Of a stretch of DNA of 64,000 nt, positions 22,797 through 36,283 are shown in pieces; positions within the stretch are counted from its first letter, which is position 1; every line of letters starts with the position of its first letter. Under the pieces are notes generated by a model that saw only the letters and a program-made list of their open reading frames with translations, was not told the origin of the DNA and did no database searches. The position numbers and the translations under genes were made by a program. Origin of the DNA: Hormiphora californensis (Eukaryota > Animalia > Ctenophora); NCBI GenBank assembly GCA_020137815.1, contig CM035351.1, positions 8,246,001-8,310,000 on the forward strand, read 5' to 3'.

Positions 22797-24088
22797 CTAC
22801 GTCTCTGTTTCATTTCCCTTGACAGGCTTTGGGGCAACATCAAAATCTACCAAAACATCTCCAGTTTTGTTTTCTCCATTCTCAGAGTCATCATCATCAT
22901 CACCTCCAGCTGTGTGCTTGTCGTTTTTCTTCTTTTTCGTGTCGTCCTCCCCCTCATTCTCCTCCTCCACAACTACAACCTTATCAGAATGGATTATGGG
23001 CTCCGTCTCGTTTTTCCCTTTCTGTAACAGAGTTGTATGTTAATCACACACCTAGTTTATTCATTCAGTAGGACCGAAGACCTAGTGCAGCTGTATGTAC
23101 TTGTAAAATTATGTTTGGTTTGGTTTGCTCATCTGGGACTGTCACACAGCCACTTCTCGCCGAACACAATAGGTTCACAATAAAGCGATATTTTGGAGAA
23201 GGTTACGCTCCCAGCCCCCCTATATATTATGTAGCATATCTTTAAAAAAGAGACTGATTAATGAGGTCTAACGGGTCTAAAACTGAAAGGCTTCTTCGAC
23301 CCTTCGCAGAATACGATTAGGCTTTTGTTCTGTTTGTTGGATTTTACATATCACATTATCTATCAAGCTGTCAAAGTTCGGTTACCACGTGTGGTATCTA
23401 ATAAACTGGGAAATAAAATTTATTGAATTTAGTGGCCCATGCTCGATAGAACAGGTTATTTAATAAGTTTCAGCGGACAGCGATACCTTTTATTTGTCAA
23501 AATTTTAATGAGTTTCCATTTGAAAGAAAGATATAAATCTGTTATAAACATGAACAGAATATATTTCCCTTTGCCCTGAGCCAGTAATATTGTAGTTACC
23601 TTATTAACGGGTAGGGGAGCTTGCGTTGGGAAGATTTTTGTAACGTTGAATGCAGGATCATTTATTAGATCTTTATCGCTCACAATCGCCTTTTCCGTAG
23701 TCTTCTTGTGACCCTCCCCATCACCATGGTTACCCTCCCCATCACCATCTGCTGCCTCACCATGGTTACCCTCCCCATCACCATGGTGATCTACTGCATC
23801 ACCATGGTGATCTACTGCATCCTGGCTCATATCTCCATGGTTATCATCCTGGCTCTTGTTTTGTTCATTTTTCTGGTTCATCTCATGACTGTCCTGCTTG
23901 TTGCCATCCTTATTTTCATCTTCCCCCAAATAATTTTCATTTTGCTTCTTATCTCCGACACTCTGCTGTTTCTGCTGTCCATCTAGCTTTGTGACCTGCT
24001 TCTCCCCCAGTTTATCAGGTCCTTTCCTCTCCTGGCAGAGCACTACACAAAGCCCCACCAGGATCACAATCACCATCCTCCTCCCCAT
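22797..24088 (-). CDS. Secreted acidic, His/Gly/Asp-rich low-complexity protein (2 exons)
   Basis: Signal-like MVIVILVGLCVVLCQ; exon 1 ends at ...APLPVNK|GT (~23600); exon 2 ~22797-23021 KGKNETEP...KGNETET*; HHGD/NHGD repeats. Confidence 0.8.
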
Positions 24089-24375
24089 GATATATCAGAA
24101 TCCTAGCTCCTCAACCAGTTGTACCATGTTCAGCAGCTCAGCAGCAACAATCAATGTGTATAGTATGAAGGGTAAAGAACAGTCTGTATAATATGCAGCG
24201 AAACAACAGAGTGTGCAGGTGGGGTCAGCGAGTGTATTATATTCAGCACTATCCCCTTGATAGGGAGTTGCGAAACAGGACAAAGAGAGAGGAATGATTG
24301 AGAGAGAGAATAGTTGGGAAGATGGTGAGAGAGAATATAATATCAGTAAGGGATAATGAGAGTTCCTTTGTGTGG

Positions 24376-24456
<81 letters not shown>

Positions 24457-24498
24457 GTAATAGAAAACATTCAATGATAGTCCACCTGGCGGTTGGGC

Positions 24499-24577
<79 letters not shown>

Positions 24578-24892
24578 TAGTGTACGAGGGACGGAGAGAG
24601 ATGGGAGTGACCCCATGGAGCACATATTATGTATGATTATTTTAGAGTATGATAGTATCTCCAGTAGACCCTTACTCAATAAGCTAGACCAAAGATGCAG
24701 ACCCGTTGTGGTATCTCTTAGGGGGTAGTGTCATGATCACAAGTACTATTACACTAGCATCCACACGCCTGGTCTCTTGACCATTGTTTCTCAAATAACA
24801 CATCAAAATGAAACGTTTTAGAGGATGATTTAAATTGATTTCAAAGAAATTAATTCATAATTCAACTCTGTATTTATACTTCAAGACAAATT

Positions 24893-27118
24893 CTACACAG
24901 GTGTCTCAAGGCTCTCAATCATATTCAAAATATCCGATTTTACAGTATTCAGGGCCTGTAAAAGTTTATCATTCTCTAACAGCGACCTCCTAATTCTCTC
25001 GTCCAGTATCTTCTTATTCTCCCTCTCCTCCTTTATAAACCGGTTCAGTTCCAGAAGTTTCACCGCGAGTCTCTGCTCGTACAGCTTCGTATAAGCCTTT
25101 ATGTACTTTTTGGGTAGGACCACATTGGCCGACTTGGACCGATGGTATTCTCGTTTCAGGGTCTCTGCCTCATCACATTGGGTGGAGGGAGGTGTAACGT
25201 CTGGTTCCTGGACCCTATTATCATCAACCTCATCTTCATCTTCCTCACCTTCACTATCGCTCTGAGCTCGCAGGTTGGGAACCGATTTCTGACATACGTA
25301 TGAGCTGAGGTTGCTTTTCTTCGGGCTGGAGTTGCTATGGGGACCGAGTCTGTTGTTGGGTAAGGGGTCATGCCCATATATGGAGTTGAGGACAACTTTG
25401 TCACAGAACACCCTATCATCAACATGGATGGTGGAACGTCTCACTTCGTAGTTACTGAAAAAGGAGGGAATATTTAGTTTTATGGAAGTTGGTAACACGT
25501 CTAATGGGAAAGGAAGACGGAATCAATCTGTGTTAATCTAAATTTAAGATTTTCGAGGGAGCAGTCCACCACAGCTTGTTGGTGTAACGCGTTAAACGAC
25601 CCAGCGACCCACGAAGAAGAATAATTCTCTTTTGTATTTTAATTCTTCACGTTATGTCATTTCTCAGTCCCCTTTATAGCTGGTTAGTAAAATGTCTATT
25701 TCATAACCTCTTCCTAAAACCTACTTCTGTTTATCTGGTTTAGCGTTGTGCCTCCTTCTCACGACTGCAATGCCCTCAGGGTTTATCCTGACTTCCACTT
25801 CCTTGTAGTAATCCTCATGGTCCCCTGCGGGCGGGGGGCTGGCGCTGGAAAGGAGCTCTTGTTCAGTTTTGTAGAACACGTCATCTTCTAGGGAGGCGGC
25901 CGTGCCCGAGCTGCTTTCTCTGTAAGGGGGAAATGTAAGGGTTATGAGTAAGGGTTAGGGTTTCATTTGAGGTTTGAGGTTAAGGGTCGGGGTGGGTTAG
26001 TTAGTAACTGTCAGAGCACAGGTGACAGGTATTGTTACACACCTGATAAGATTTCTCCGTTCCCTTATCTCATCGATCTTCGCGGTATCAGGTGACTTGT
26101 TCTCGTCCTCGAGCTCCCTCCTGAACTCCTGGAGGCGTCGGTGCAGACTGGCCGTGCTATACGAGTTACTGGGAAGTGGTGCGAGGTGACTCCGGTTCCC
26201 ATGGTAACGGCTCATCAAGTCCTCCATCTCGGATCTTCCTCCCGGTACTTGTTTCTGGAGAGTTCCCTTGTTGTGACTCCGGTCATCGCTGAAGTTAACA
26301 CGGGCAATCCGGGGGGAAGTAGGCGTAGACATGCAATGGGAGGATGACTTTTGATGGTTGGATGATGGTGGTGACGATATGTCTGGAGTGGATGTGGCTG
26401 GGAATCCCGTTTCCATGACCACGTAACTGGGTGACGAGTAGTAACCATGGTGACCACCTGCAGTACTAGTAGCAGGAGCACCTGATTGTCCTCCCCCTCT
26501 GCACTGATCCAGTTCCTCTGAGGATTCGTTCTTCTTCCGGGTTTTCCCAATGAATTTTAGCGGTAGAAAAGCTTTCTTCAGGGAGCTCAACGACGGTACA
26601 GACGATATTTTCTTGGGGGTCGGCTGCAGGTTGACCTGTGCTTCCGACTGGGCTCTCCTCATCATTCGGTTTTGACTTGTCAAGTTCTTCAGGGATAGCT
26701 TCCTAAGACTTCCAAACCGTCCCTTACTGTCCTTCCTCTTGCACTGTTGAACCGGGGGGTCGGGTACTTCAAAATCCTCCTCTTGGGATTCAGAATCGAG
26801 GCTGGAAGGCTGTGAATCAGCAGCAAGGTTCTGGAGACGTAGGGTCTTGGTCAGGTACCGATCTGATCCGTATTTAGGGTTGCTCTTGTACTCTGCAAAC
26901 CGCAACGCACTGCTAGCACCACCACTATCAGTGCTGTACTGAGATGAGAGAAAACAGAAGGGAGGAGCGCACGGTCTGGTATTTGTGGTGGATCTCTTAT
27001 CATACTGCACTTTCTGGGCCTCCAGGAATGTAGCCGCAAAGTGTCTGGTGGAAGGTGGACTCTGGATATGGGGGATCGGCGCAGGAGCAGGCCCATTCCC
27101 TGACATGTGCTGTAGCAT
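24893..27118 (-). CDS. Hypothetical Ser-rich disordered protein with C-terminal coiled coil (at least 3 exons)
   Basis: Long exon ~26044-27118, exon ~25725-25919 and last exon 24893-25454 join in phase; heptad-like LYEQRLAVKLLELNRFIKEERENKKILDERIRRSLLENDKLLQALNTVK. The 5' end may extend upstream. Confidence 0.75.
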
Positions 27119-28646
27119 ACTAAAAACAGATAGAGAGGGGGTGTAATGCAATCTACAGTGGGGAGGGTACATACATAACTGCTTTCAATTCTACATGGGG
27201 TTGGGTTACTGCTGCAGGCTTCCCTTTTGGCAGCGGACAGATAGAAGAAGTTCAATTTACCGGAGTGTGAGTCATGGATATTCTAAGGTTTCATTATGGT
27301 ATTATGGCATATACTGAGAAGATCTCTCAGGACAAGGAGACAGAGCGCGTGTGTGTGTGCAGTAGTCGTTGAAGCACTGCAGTAGCTCTAAATCATATTC
27401 AGTTGTGCACAGAGACAGAGAGAGGAATGGGGTTGGGAGAGTAGAGAATGGATCACATATAATATGAGCTAAGGATAGAGAGGGATGAACCCTCTTACAA
27501 AGTCATTCAAAATGTCCTCTGCACATTCAAAATGTCCCCCTACACACACAAAAGAAACAAGCTCCTGGGAGGGGAAGAGGCCATTAGACTATTACAAAGG
27601 GGGAGCCTCTACACACAAAGTAAAACACAGACACCCCATGCTGAGTATAGAACTATATAAAAAGAAGGGAATAAGCACACACGAGAGGGAGAGCGAGGAT
27701 GATGAGAGTAGAGATCAGAGAGAGAGAGAAAACTAGGATGAGTAATCCAGTACTGGCCAGTATCAAATCACGGTAACATTAAGAAATCCAGTGGGAAAAT
27801 CAACAGTGGGCCAGGTGGATACTGTGAGGAATTTGAATAAGGGCGGGATCTAGCAAGATAGACAACTGAGAAAAAGTACGGTGAGAGAATATATATTGTG
27901 AAAGAGAGAGAGCGAGAAAGGAGAAGAGAAAGAGAGATTGATAATATGAATTGAGGGAGAGCAATTGCATGATCATATGGCATGCATACACCCCTATCAT
28001 CCCTCTACCAGTACAGATTGGGAGAGACATGATGAGGACACCTAATAATGATGATGTGTCCTCTCAGTGCTACTTGGGCCAATTAAACAATTACAGAGAG
28101 AGAGAGAGAGAGATGCAATTAATGCAGCACATGTACCACTCTCAGTTCTGTCCCCATTATAAGCTCTATGCGATGAGAGAAGCTGATAGAGAGGAAGAGA
28201 GACAGTGAGGGAGATGGAGATAAAGATAGAGAGAGTGTGCTACTGCAAGCTAGACAGAATAGAGTATGGCACACACACAAGTGGTCGCTGCTGCTGGGAG
28301 AGTGTCAGAGTGTCGGGAGTCTTTTGAACCGGAAGACATTATTGCAAAACTATAGAGCTCAGATTGTTCCTCCCTGGTAGAACTTTCAGAGCTAACTAAC
28401 TTCTCTAGAAAACGGAAAGATGCTAGGAATAATAAATATGAAGTAGACTGAATGCGATCCGATTAGGCAGACTGGAGAGGGGGGAGGTGTGTGTAGGTTG
28501 GAGAGACAAGGGTGTCAGTGTGTGATCATGCGAAGAGGCATAGCAAGTGAAGAAGACAGGAAGTAAAAGAATTTAGCGTCGCCACGATGACCCGTTATTC
28601 TCTTGCTGGGGCGATCCACACCGGAAAGAAGAGAGTTGTCAGATTG

Positions 28647-28781
<135 letters not shown>

Positions 28782-30459
28782 AGAGAGAATTGAGAAAGAT
28801 TGGGGGTACCTTGAGGCGGGTTCGAGTGTTTGGCCTACATTTTAGTGTGTGTGGGGTGGCTTCTACTAATAGAATTTTCCGGCTCATGAAACCTGAGATC
28901 GGTAGCACATATGCAACTTCCACACCCATTCCACAGTCCACAGAATCGAGCGTTAATTAAGTAGCCATAATTGATTAAATAAATTAGTTTTTATTCAAAA
29001 TTAGCTGGATCGGCCTCCAAAAACCAAACACAACGAGTGACAACCCAATCCCATAAAGGATCCAGTGAGCTGTGAGAGTGAGAGTGAGAGGGTGAAAGCT
29101 GGGGAGGTCCCAAAAAAAGAAAAGCTGGCAGCCCTTTTATTGGTAATCATCCAAGTCTCGAGACATGTTAGGAAGTAGAATTTGTACAAATTACAAGTCC
29201 AATAGATTTGGATGGAAATTCCAGAGAACTCGGCACTCTCATCATCACGTTGGATAAAGTCGATCCAAGACAAACAACTAATGCACAATAACAAGGGCTC
29301 TGCGCCATCAAGCACCCGTTTATCAGACGGCAGTGCCACGTGCTACCAATTTTACTATTGATCCTATACAATGTGTGGTATTTACGTGGTCAGTTGTTGT
29401 TTGTTTAGCCTAAAATAGCTTTAGTTTTAACGAGAAGAGAGAGAGAGACTAGAGAGAGAGAGTGTGTGTGAGAAAGAGAGTGAATAATAAGGAGGAGAGA
29501 ACTAACCCCACCCCCGGTCCCTTCCAGCCATTTAGAAAATGCACATGGACAGTATGAACAGGACAACAGATGGATCTGATCAGACCAGTCCGGGGGAATT
29601 ACTCATTACGGAAACCTACCGAGCTTCAGCGTGAGTTGTAGGCCCAGTATCTGAGATAACATATCTTGAATTCGTAAACATGGGAAAATATTTTCTTTTC
29701 CCATGTTTTCCAATCACTTGAAACTATTTGAAGGTTCAAAATTGTCACATACATCGAAAATTCGAAATCTCTGGATTCAAGAATAATTACCCAGCGACTC
29801 CCCTTTATCCAATAAACACATAAACTGTTGTAACTATGAGACAAATTGATCAACCTGAGCATTCTTACTTCCTCAAAAAACGACTCTTTTCAAATGTTTC
29901 TTTTTTAGAAATCTCTAGATTCAATAATAATTACCCAGCGAGTCACCTTTTATCCAATAAACACATAAACTGTTGTAACTATGAGACAAATTGATCAACC
30001 TGAGCATTCTTACTTCCTCTAAAAACGACTCTTTTTTGAGAAATGAGCTACAAAATTCTACTCAAGCAGAAGGTGAGAAGGGTATTTCATGTTGGAAATC
30101 AGCCAGACACTGGAAAGATACAATTAGGGGCTAGTGTAGTTGGTGGTCCATGGACCCGGAAAACACGCGAACGGATGAAGAGGGGCGTGTCACTGTGTAT
30201 CTGTGATTGAGAAAGAGAGAGAAAGATAGAGAAAGAGAGAGAGAGGGATAGAGAGAGAGAGAGAGAGAGAAAGAGATGGAGGTTGGAAAAGATACAGGAA
30301 GTAATCAATGTGGATATGTGTGTTAGTTCACACTTCACAGCCTTGATATGCAGCACAACAAAGACATGTAAATAAGGAAGTGAAAATACTATGCGGTAGA
30401 AAAAACAATAAACTGGAGTCATTGTGCAGATACCCAGCTTTTATTGAACACAGAAATGG

Positions 30460-33400
30460 ATGGAACATCACGAGGAGATACAAGGAGATACATCACATCA
30501 CGAGGAGGTACTGAATAATGTTAAGATCTGTCAATGCACTGACAGATATGTGATTGAAAACGTAAAAGAATTACATCATACGACGGACAGGTAAACTACG
30601 CATACATAACCAGAAAAAGCACCAAGGAAGAGTTGCAACAGATAGAGAAGTGAGGGACTGTACTACCTGTTATACTACTCACTACTACCTGTACTACTAC
30701 TACCTGTTCACCTGTCACATAACCAACCAGGACTCTGTTATAGTTCACCACGGGAGCCAATACATACGTCATTCCCAGCTGACATATCGAGCTTGTCAAT
30801 TTCACCCTTCATTTAGGTTTCTCTACCTCTCTCTCTCCACCGGACCTTCCCGAATATCTGATGATTTTATCTTCCGTGTTTTTGATATTTTGATGACTCA
30901 CGGATAGCAATTAATAAACATTTCTTCCCCGCCTCCCGCCTCCCTCCTATGATGCACATGAGTCATATATCGCAACATCTGATATGTCATGAGCTTCTGA
31001 CAAATCTTATCAGCTTCAGATATATATTTGGGAAGGAAATAAACATTGAGTTGCAAAACAACACCATGTCTCTCCCGTCACAGCACAACTTCCCGGCCCC
31101 GAGTTACAAAAAAATTCTGAGTAGCAAATTATCATTTCTGAGCTTGGCAAGATGCCTAATGATCCTCCCTCCCCCTGTAGGTACTCAATCCACTGGCTAG
31201 ATAGGGTGCTCTTCGTGGCCAGTGTTGGACTAATCGTTATCGTGATAGCTGGAAACGTCCTGGTAAGTACAATTATATACAGTCGGACCCCGACGTTTGG
31301 TTTGGTAAATCGGGGTGCCTGGTTTATCGGGGTCCGAATGTTTAACGAGGGTTAGCCCCCCCCCCCCCATTTCAATCTTCTGGAACCCATTATAATAATA
31401 GCTATTGATTTGTCACCCGCGGAGTTGCCTTGTCTAACAGTTTATACTGAAAATGCAATGGCTTATATTCGAGGAATTTTTTGCTACTTTCCAATTGAGA
31501 AATTTGCCATAGGTAGGGCAACCGCTTACCCCTACCCTACCTATGGCAAATAAAATGCAACTGTTTTACCCGAGAGGGATAGTTTATGGCTACTTCCATT
31601 CTCTACTTGGATGGCAGGTGCATACTACATATTGTAATGCTTAGAGAAAGACGTTGAAGCGCACCACTCATAATGTATACTGACAGTATAAACTGACAAT
31701 ATTAATTGATCTTATATTGATATCAATTAATTCATTAATATCGCTTCCCTGTAGATACTCCTATCAATGAGAAAGATAATGGTGGTTCATGTTCCAACAA
31801 ACATCCTCATCATGAATCTGGCAGTCTCGGACCTGGGTGTTGGTCTATTCATTCTTCCCTTTACTGCCGCATCCTTCTTCACCCTTCGCAGCTATTCGGT
31901 GAGAAATATATTCTTCTTGGCAGAGAAATAAAAACACCTGGTCAATGATTGGACAATTCGCGCCAGACTGAGTTAGTCTGAACTCTGGGAAGTCTACCAT
32001 TTAAACTTGTCTAGCAAACTCCCAATCCTTCTGAGAGAATACAAATAGGTTCGGGTAGTCTTAACCGTTTAACGTGCTCTTTAAAAAGTATATGATCCTC
32101 CATTACAACATATTTCCCTGCCGATGCGGTGAGAGAGGGGTGAGCAAGGCTAAAAGAGGGTGATCATGACACACGTGTCTTCTCAGGAACTGTTCGATCA
32201 TTCAATCCTGTGCAATATTATTGGAGTTCTACGTCAGATGCTCCTTTGTTCCTCCACCTACACGATAGCAGCCATCAGCTACGAGAGGTTTATCGGTGTC
32301 ACACGACCCATGTCTTACAAGTAAGTGAAATCCTGTCAGGCCAATGCTCTGACCACAGTTCTCGCGCGAGAGAAATGAGAATAGGGTCAGGCCAATGCTC
32401 TGACAGGGGAAATCTACTGTTGTTTGCATGCGGGGAGTGAACTTGTTGAGTAAGGGGTGAGACTCAACAAGAGGGAACGGGATAGAGAACTACTGGGGGT
32501 TGGGTGGGGTTGAATTGACAATGATTTAGGGGAATTGGATAGACTGCAGCTGCTGTGGGATTGTGAGATTGGGGAAATTCTGAATTCAATTACTGATGAG
32601 TTTTGCATTGCAGGAGAGTGGTGAATAAACGGTTCGCCCTGACGTCAGTGGCTCTAATCTGGACCTACTCCATCGCCTACTCCCTCATCACAATTATTAT
32701 GCCAGGTATGTGGTGTTGAGTAAGGGCCGTTACTCAACATGTGTGAATTGTGTGGTATTATAGCCACCCGGCTGCAGTCATTGGACCGAGTGAATTGTGT
32801 GGTGTTGGATTTTCCCCCAGACTTTAGAAAATAATGATTGTGTCCTCAGTCATAGTTTTTAGTAAGCTGTTGCATGTTGTTACTCAACAAGTTGCATGTT
32901 AAAATAAACACGAGAAATTTTAAATGCGAGATCAATCAAAGGTTTAAACCCAGAAGTCAATTACAGACAGAACATTTTAAACTTTAGTCGCTGTCAAATC
33001 AAAATCAGTTTGATCACAGTTCGTTTTCTCCTGAGTAGGAATTGTCCACAACTCCTCATTGCATCCTCGGTTACCATGGTAACTAACATAGTTTGTACAT
33101 GTCCTCACCCTCCCTGCTATCATTGGATATCCACATATTCCTGTTGTTATGGAAGGTGTATGCCGCCCTGTAGTTATCACAATGTACCTCAATGTAATCA
33201 AACTTCCACTTATCGCTGCCCTCCGCAAACAACTCAATACACTTTATCTTACCGACCATCTTCATACCAGGTACCACAAAAGTGTCATCCTCTCCACGTT
33301 TGAAGTCATTCCTCCCCTCATTGTTGATGATTCCTGTTGTAGTGGTTCCGAGAGCTCCAGTCAGCCTCATCCTCAGGTGGATCTTGTTGGTTTGGCTCCT

Positions 33401-35971
33401 GGATTCCGTTGAGGTCCGAGTGGTGATGTAGTAGTGTTCCTCTCCTTGCTTGCACATCTGGAGGGATGTCACACCGCTGTGACGTCTTGGATCTCCATTA
33501 AGCATGGCCCCCTTGGTGTTGTAGTAGAACGATTCCACACCGTACTCAGGGTTCACCGTCACATAATCCAGAAGAAGGGAATCTTTGGAAGTAGTGCTCA
33601 ACCTAACGCACCTTATCTCCCCGATATTCTTCTCACCGTACACCGAGAACCTTCCAGTTTTACCCCTCTTGAACTCCTTCTTGGATACCTTCCCCACGCT
33701 CAGATTTCCCTTGGTCCCGATCACCGTCATGTAGATGTTTCCACCGCTTCCAGCCTTCCCCCGGTTAGCCACCTTGGCGGTAAAGGAGTAGAGGTAGGCA
33801 TCACTAAGGAGGAAGATCCCGAGAACGAGAAGAAGAGAACGGGTCAACATGATCACAGTGCAGCAGTAGTGGGTGCTGGAGGAGGAGCAGGTTTTATTTG
33901 GATCTCATGGAATATCCGGCACAAATAATAATAACGTGCACGAAGCCCTATGTAATGAGATTTAAATGGAACTCTCTGCACTAAGGCCCCTTACTCAACA
34001 ACTATATGATGGATTTTTCATTCATTTCATTCATTTTCATTCGTCCTCCTAGCTGAATCGTTCCTGTAAGTCCTGAGTTAATAATAACATGTAGTTGGCC
34101 GCGAAGGGCCCGAATAATGTAGAGGAACATAAGTTTTTAATAATTTCCTACGCAATTAAGATGCGAGCCATTCTCTGGAGTGATAGAATGATCCACCGGC
34201 GACACATCGAAGTTAGAACACTCCAACTTCAGTACAGATCATGTAAAAAGTTTGAAGTGGTACCACAGCTATAATTTATACTGCAATTCACAAACCCCAT
34301 CTCTCCAGTATAATACCGCCGTACAATACCCCTAAAGTACGATGTTTAATAATGCGAACCGGGGGTGCACACATAAGTTGATTTGTGTGTGCTAAATCCA
34401 GTTCCTGACAATCTTAAGACTTGGAGGTACACCCCCCCCCCCTCACATATTTATTAAGTACGTACTAATTCAACACCCCTCCCCAGATAAGTACGGTGAG
34501 TTTGTCTACAACGACTACACGGGATACTGTATTCAGCAGTGGTATCTGAACGAGGAAAGTGAGACGGTCCGTGATATGGGAGAAACAGTTGAGGTAGGTC
34601 CGTGATATGGGAGAAACAGTTGAGGTAGGTCCGTGATATGGGAGAAACAGTTGAGGTAGGTCCGTGATATGGGGGAAACAGGTGAGGTAGGTCCGTGATA
34701 TGGGAGAAACAGTTGAGGTAGGTCCGTGATATGGGGGAAACAGTTGAGGTAGGTCCGTGATATGGGAGAAACAGGTGAGACAGTCCGTGATATGGGAGAA
34801 ACAGTTGAGGTAGGTCCGTGATATGGGGGAAGCAGTTGAGGTAGGTCCGTGATATGGGAGAAACAGTTGAGGTAGGTCCGTGATATGGGAGAAACAGTTG
34901 AGGTAGGTCCGTGATATGGGGGAAACAGTTGAGGTAGGCCCGTGATATGGGGGAAACAGTTGAGGTAGGTCCGTGTATAATACATTTAGAAGAGTTGAAT
35001 TTGCGAACCTGCTAAAGAGTAAAGTTTTCGGGTTATTCAGATTCAATCATACAGAACTACTTTTATATTACTGCATTATGTTTCGTTAAATGGTTATAAA
35101 ATACACGACTGGTTGGAAGCTTGAATTGTACCAATCGTTTAACATCACTAATCGTTTAACATCACCACTCGTTTAACATCACCACTCGTAGTTCTACGTA
35201 ACTCCTCATAGAATGCTCAACTTCTCTGCACCGGCACCCCAGAGTTCGGGGTTCACTTCACACACTGCGGCCATGGGCTACCAAAAATCAATCATACATG
35301 CCCCAGTACAGCCCCCGCATGAAATGTCTTCTCACATCACACCAGGAAATCATATAATGAGCTACTAAATCTGTGTCAGTACTAAATCTGTGTCAGCAAC
35401 AACAGCTCTTCTTCTTTTTCAGATAGTAGTAAACACAGTGTGCAACTTCGTAGCCCCCTTCTGCTCCATGGGCTACTACTACTCCAAGGTGCTGAAGGCT
35501 CTCCATGCTAACCTTCACTTTTGCCATAAAATGAAAGTCCCCTCCTCTTTTCAATCAAAATATATCCGAACAAAACGGGACAGGGAGATCAACTCTGCGT
35601 GGACAATCCTCATTATCCTGATAGCCTTTGTGGTGTGTTGGATTCCATTCCTGGTACAGTTTGTACTGCTGATGGTCCACAACTTTAACATGGATGACAT
35701 CCTCCAGCTCTACTTTGTTACCTTTGCCAACATCTTCTACTTCCTGGGGTGCGGGATAAACCCCCTCATTTACATATTCCGGTGTGCCCGGTTTAAGAAT
35801 GAGGCTACCCGGCTGGTGTACTCTCTCCTCAGTTTTATTGTGTGCTGCAAGAGTGAGATCAGGGCAACCATAGTGGATAAAGGTAGAAAATATCCTGAAA
35901 TTCTTGAGATTAATATAAATTGCAAAGATCTCCAAGAGAATGCTGCAATTGCAAAGACTCTCCCTAAATAA
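30460..35971 (+). CDS. Class A (rhodopsin-like) GPCR, orphan
   Basis: Seven in-phase exons: 30460-30590, 31181-31262 (TM1 IAGNVL), 31755-31898 (TM2 NLAVSD), 32187-32320 (TM3 C...ISYERF), 32614-32705 (TM4 W), 34487-34557 (ECL2 Cys), 35397-35971 (TM6 CWIPF, TM7 NPLIY, helix 8 FK). Confidence 0.93.
33083..33850 (-). CDS. Intronless secreted protein with two tandem PLAT/LH2 domains, nested antisense in a GPCR intron
   Basis: Signal MLTRSLLLVLGIFLLSDA; two copies of the PLAT pattern (AGSGGNIYMTVIGTKG...FKRGKTGRF...IGEIRCVRL...LLLDYVTV and LRMRLTGALGTT...DFKRGEDDTF...VGKIKCIEL...KWKFDYIEV...TF....WIS). Confidence 0.88.
   Translation of the reverse strand: MLTRSLLLVLGIFLLSDAYLYSFTAKVANRGKAGSGGNIYMTVIGTKGNLSVGKVSKKEFKRGKTGRFSVYGEKNIGEIRCVRLSTTSKDSLLLDYVTVNPEYGVESFYYNTKGAMLNGDPRRHSGVTSLQMCKQGEEHYYITTRTSTESRSQTNKIHLRMRLTGALGTTTTGIINNEGRNDFKRGEDDTFVVPGMKMVGKIKCIELFAEGSDKWKFDYIEVHCDNYRAAYTFHNNRNMWISNDSREGEDMYKLC
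34566..34975. repeat. 31-bp minisatellite GGTCCGTGATATGGGAGAAACAGTTGAGGTA
   Basis: About 13 tandem units starting immediately after the donor of the GPCR ECL2 exon. Confidence 0.95.
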
Positions 35972-36202
35972 TCTAACTACCAGACAAACTGACAGACAAA
36001 CTGACAGACAAACTGACAAACTGACATTGGACGATCAGAACATTGCTATATTTTAAATACTAGCTTGTTTCAGACATATTCAAGGAAAGGGCTTCATTTC
36101 TTTTATCTTGTTTTGCTGCATGCAACAATGAAGGACTACGTCCCTACACAATCAAATATATTCTGCTGTCTTCTTCATATTGGAACGGAACAAAACATAC
36201 TA

Positions 36203-36283
36203 CAGTCGCAACCCGATATACCGGGCAAAACTGTTGCCTTGAGTACTGAGTACTGAGTATCCCGGTAAATCGGAGTCCAACTG
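36203..36283. mobile_element. Short TA-flanked CAGTC-terminal MITE (pogo/Tc1-like)
   Basis: TA|CAGTCGCAACCCGATATACCGGG...CCCGGTAAATCGGAGTCCAACTG|TA; related to 56422-56520 and to fragments at ~19380, ~19920 and ~31278. Confidence 0.65.

Noticed and set aside
34465-35046. 193-aa and 150-aa repetitive ORFs, or a CRISPR array
   Set aside because: Translations of a spacer-less 31-bp minisatellite.
30460-35971. Opsin or aminergic receptor assignment
   Set aside because: Lacks the TM7 retinal-binding lysine and Asp3.32.
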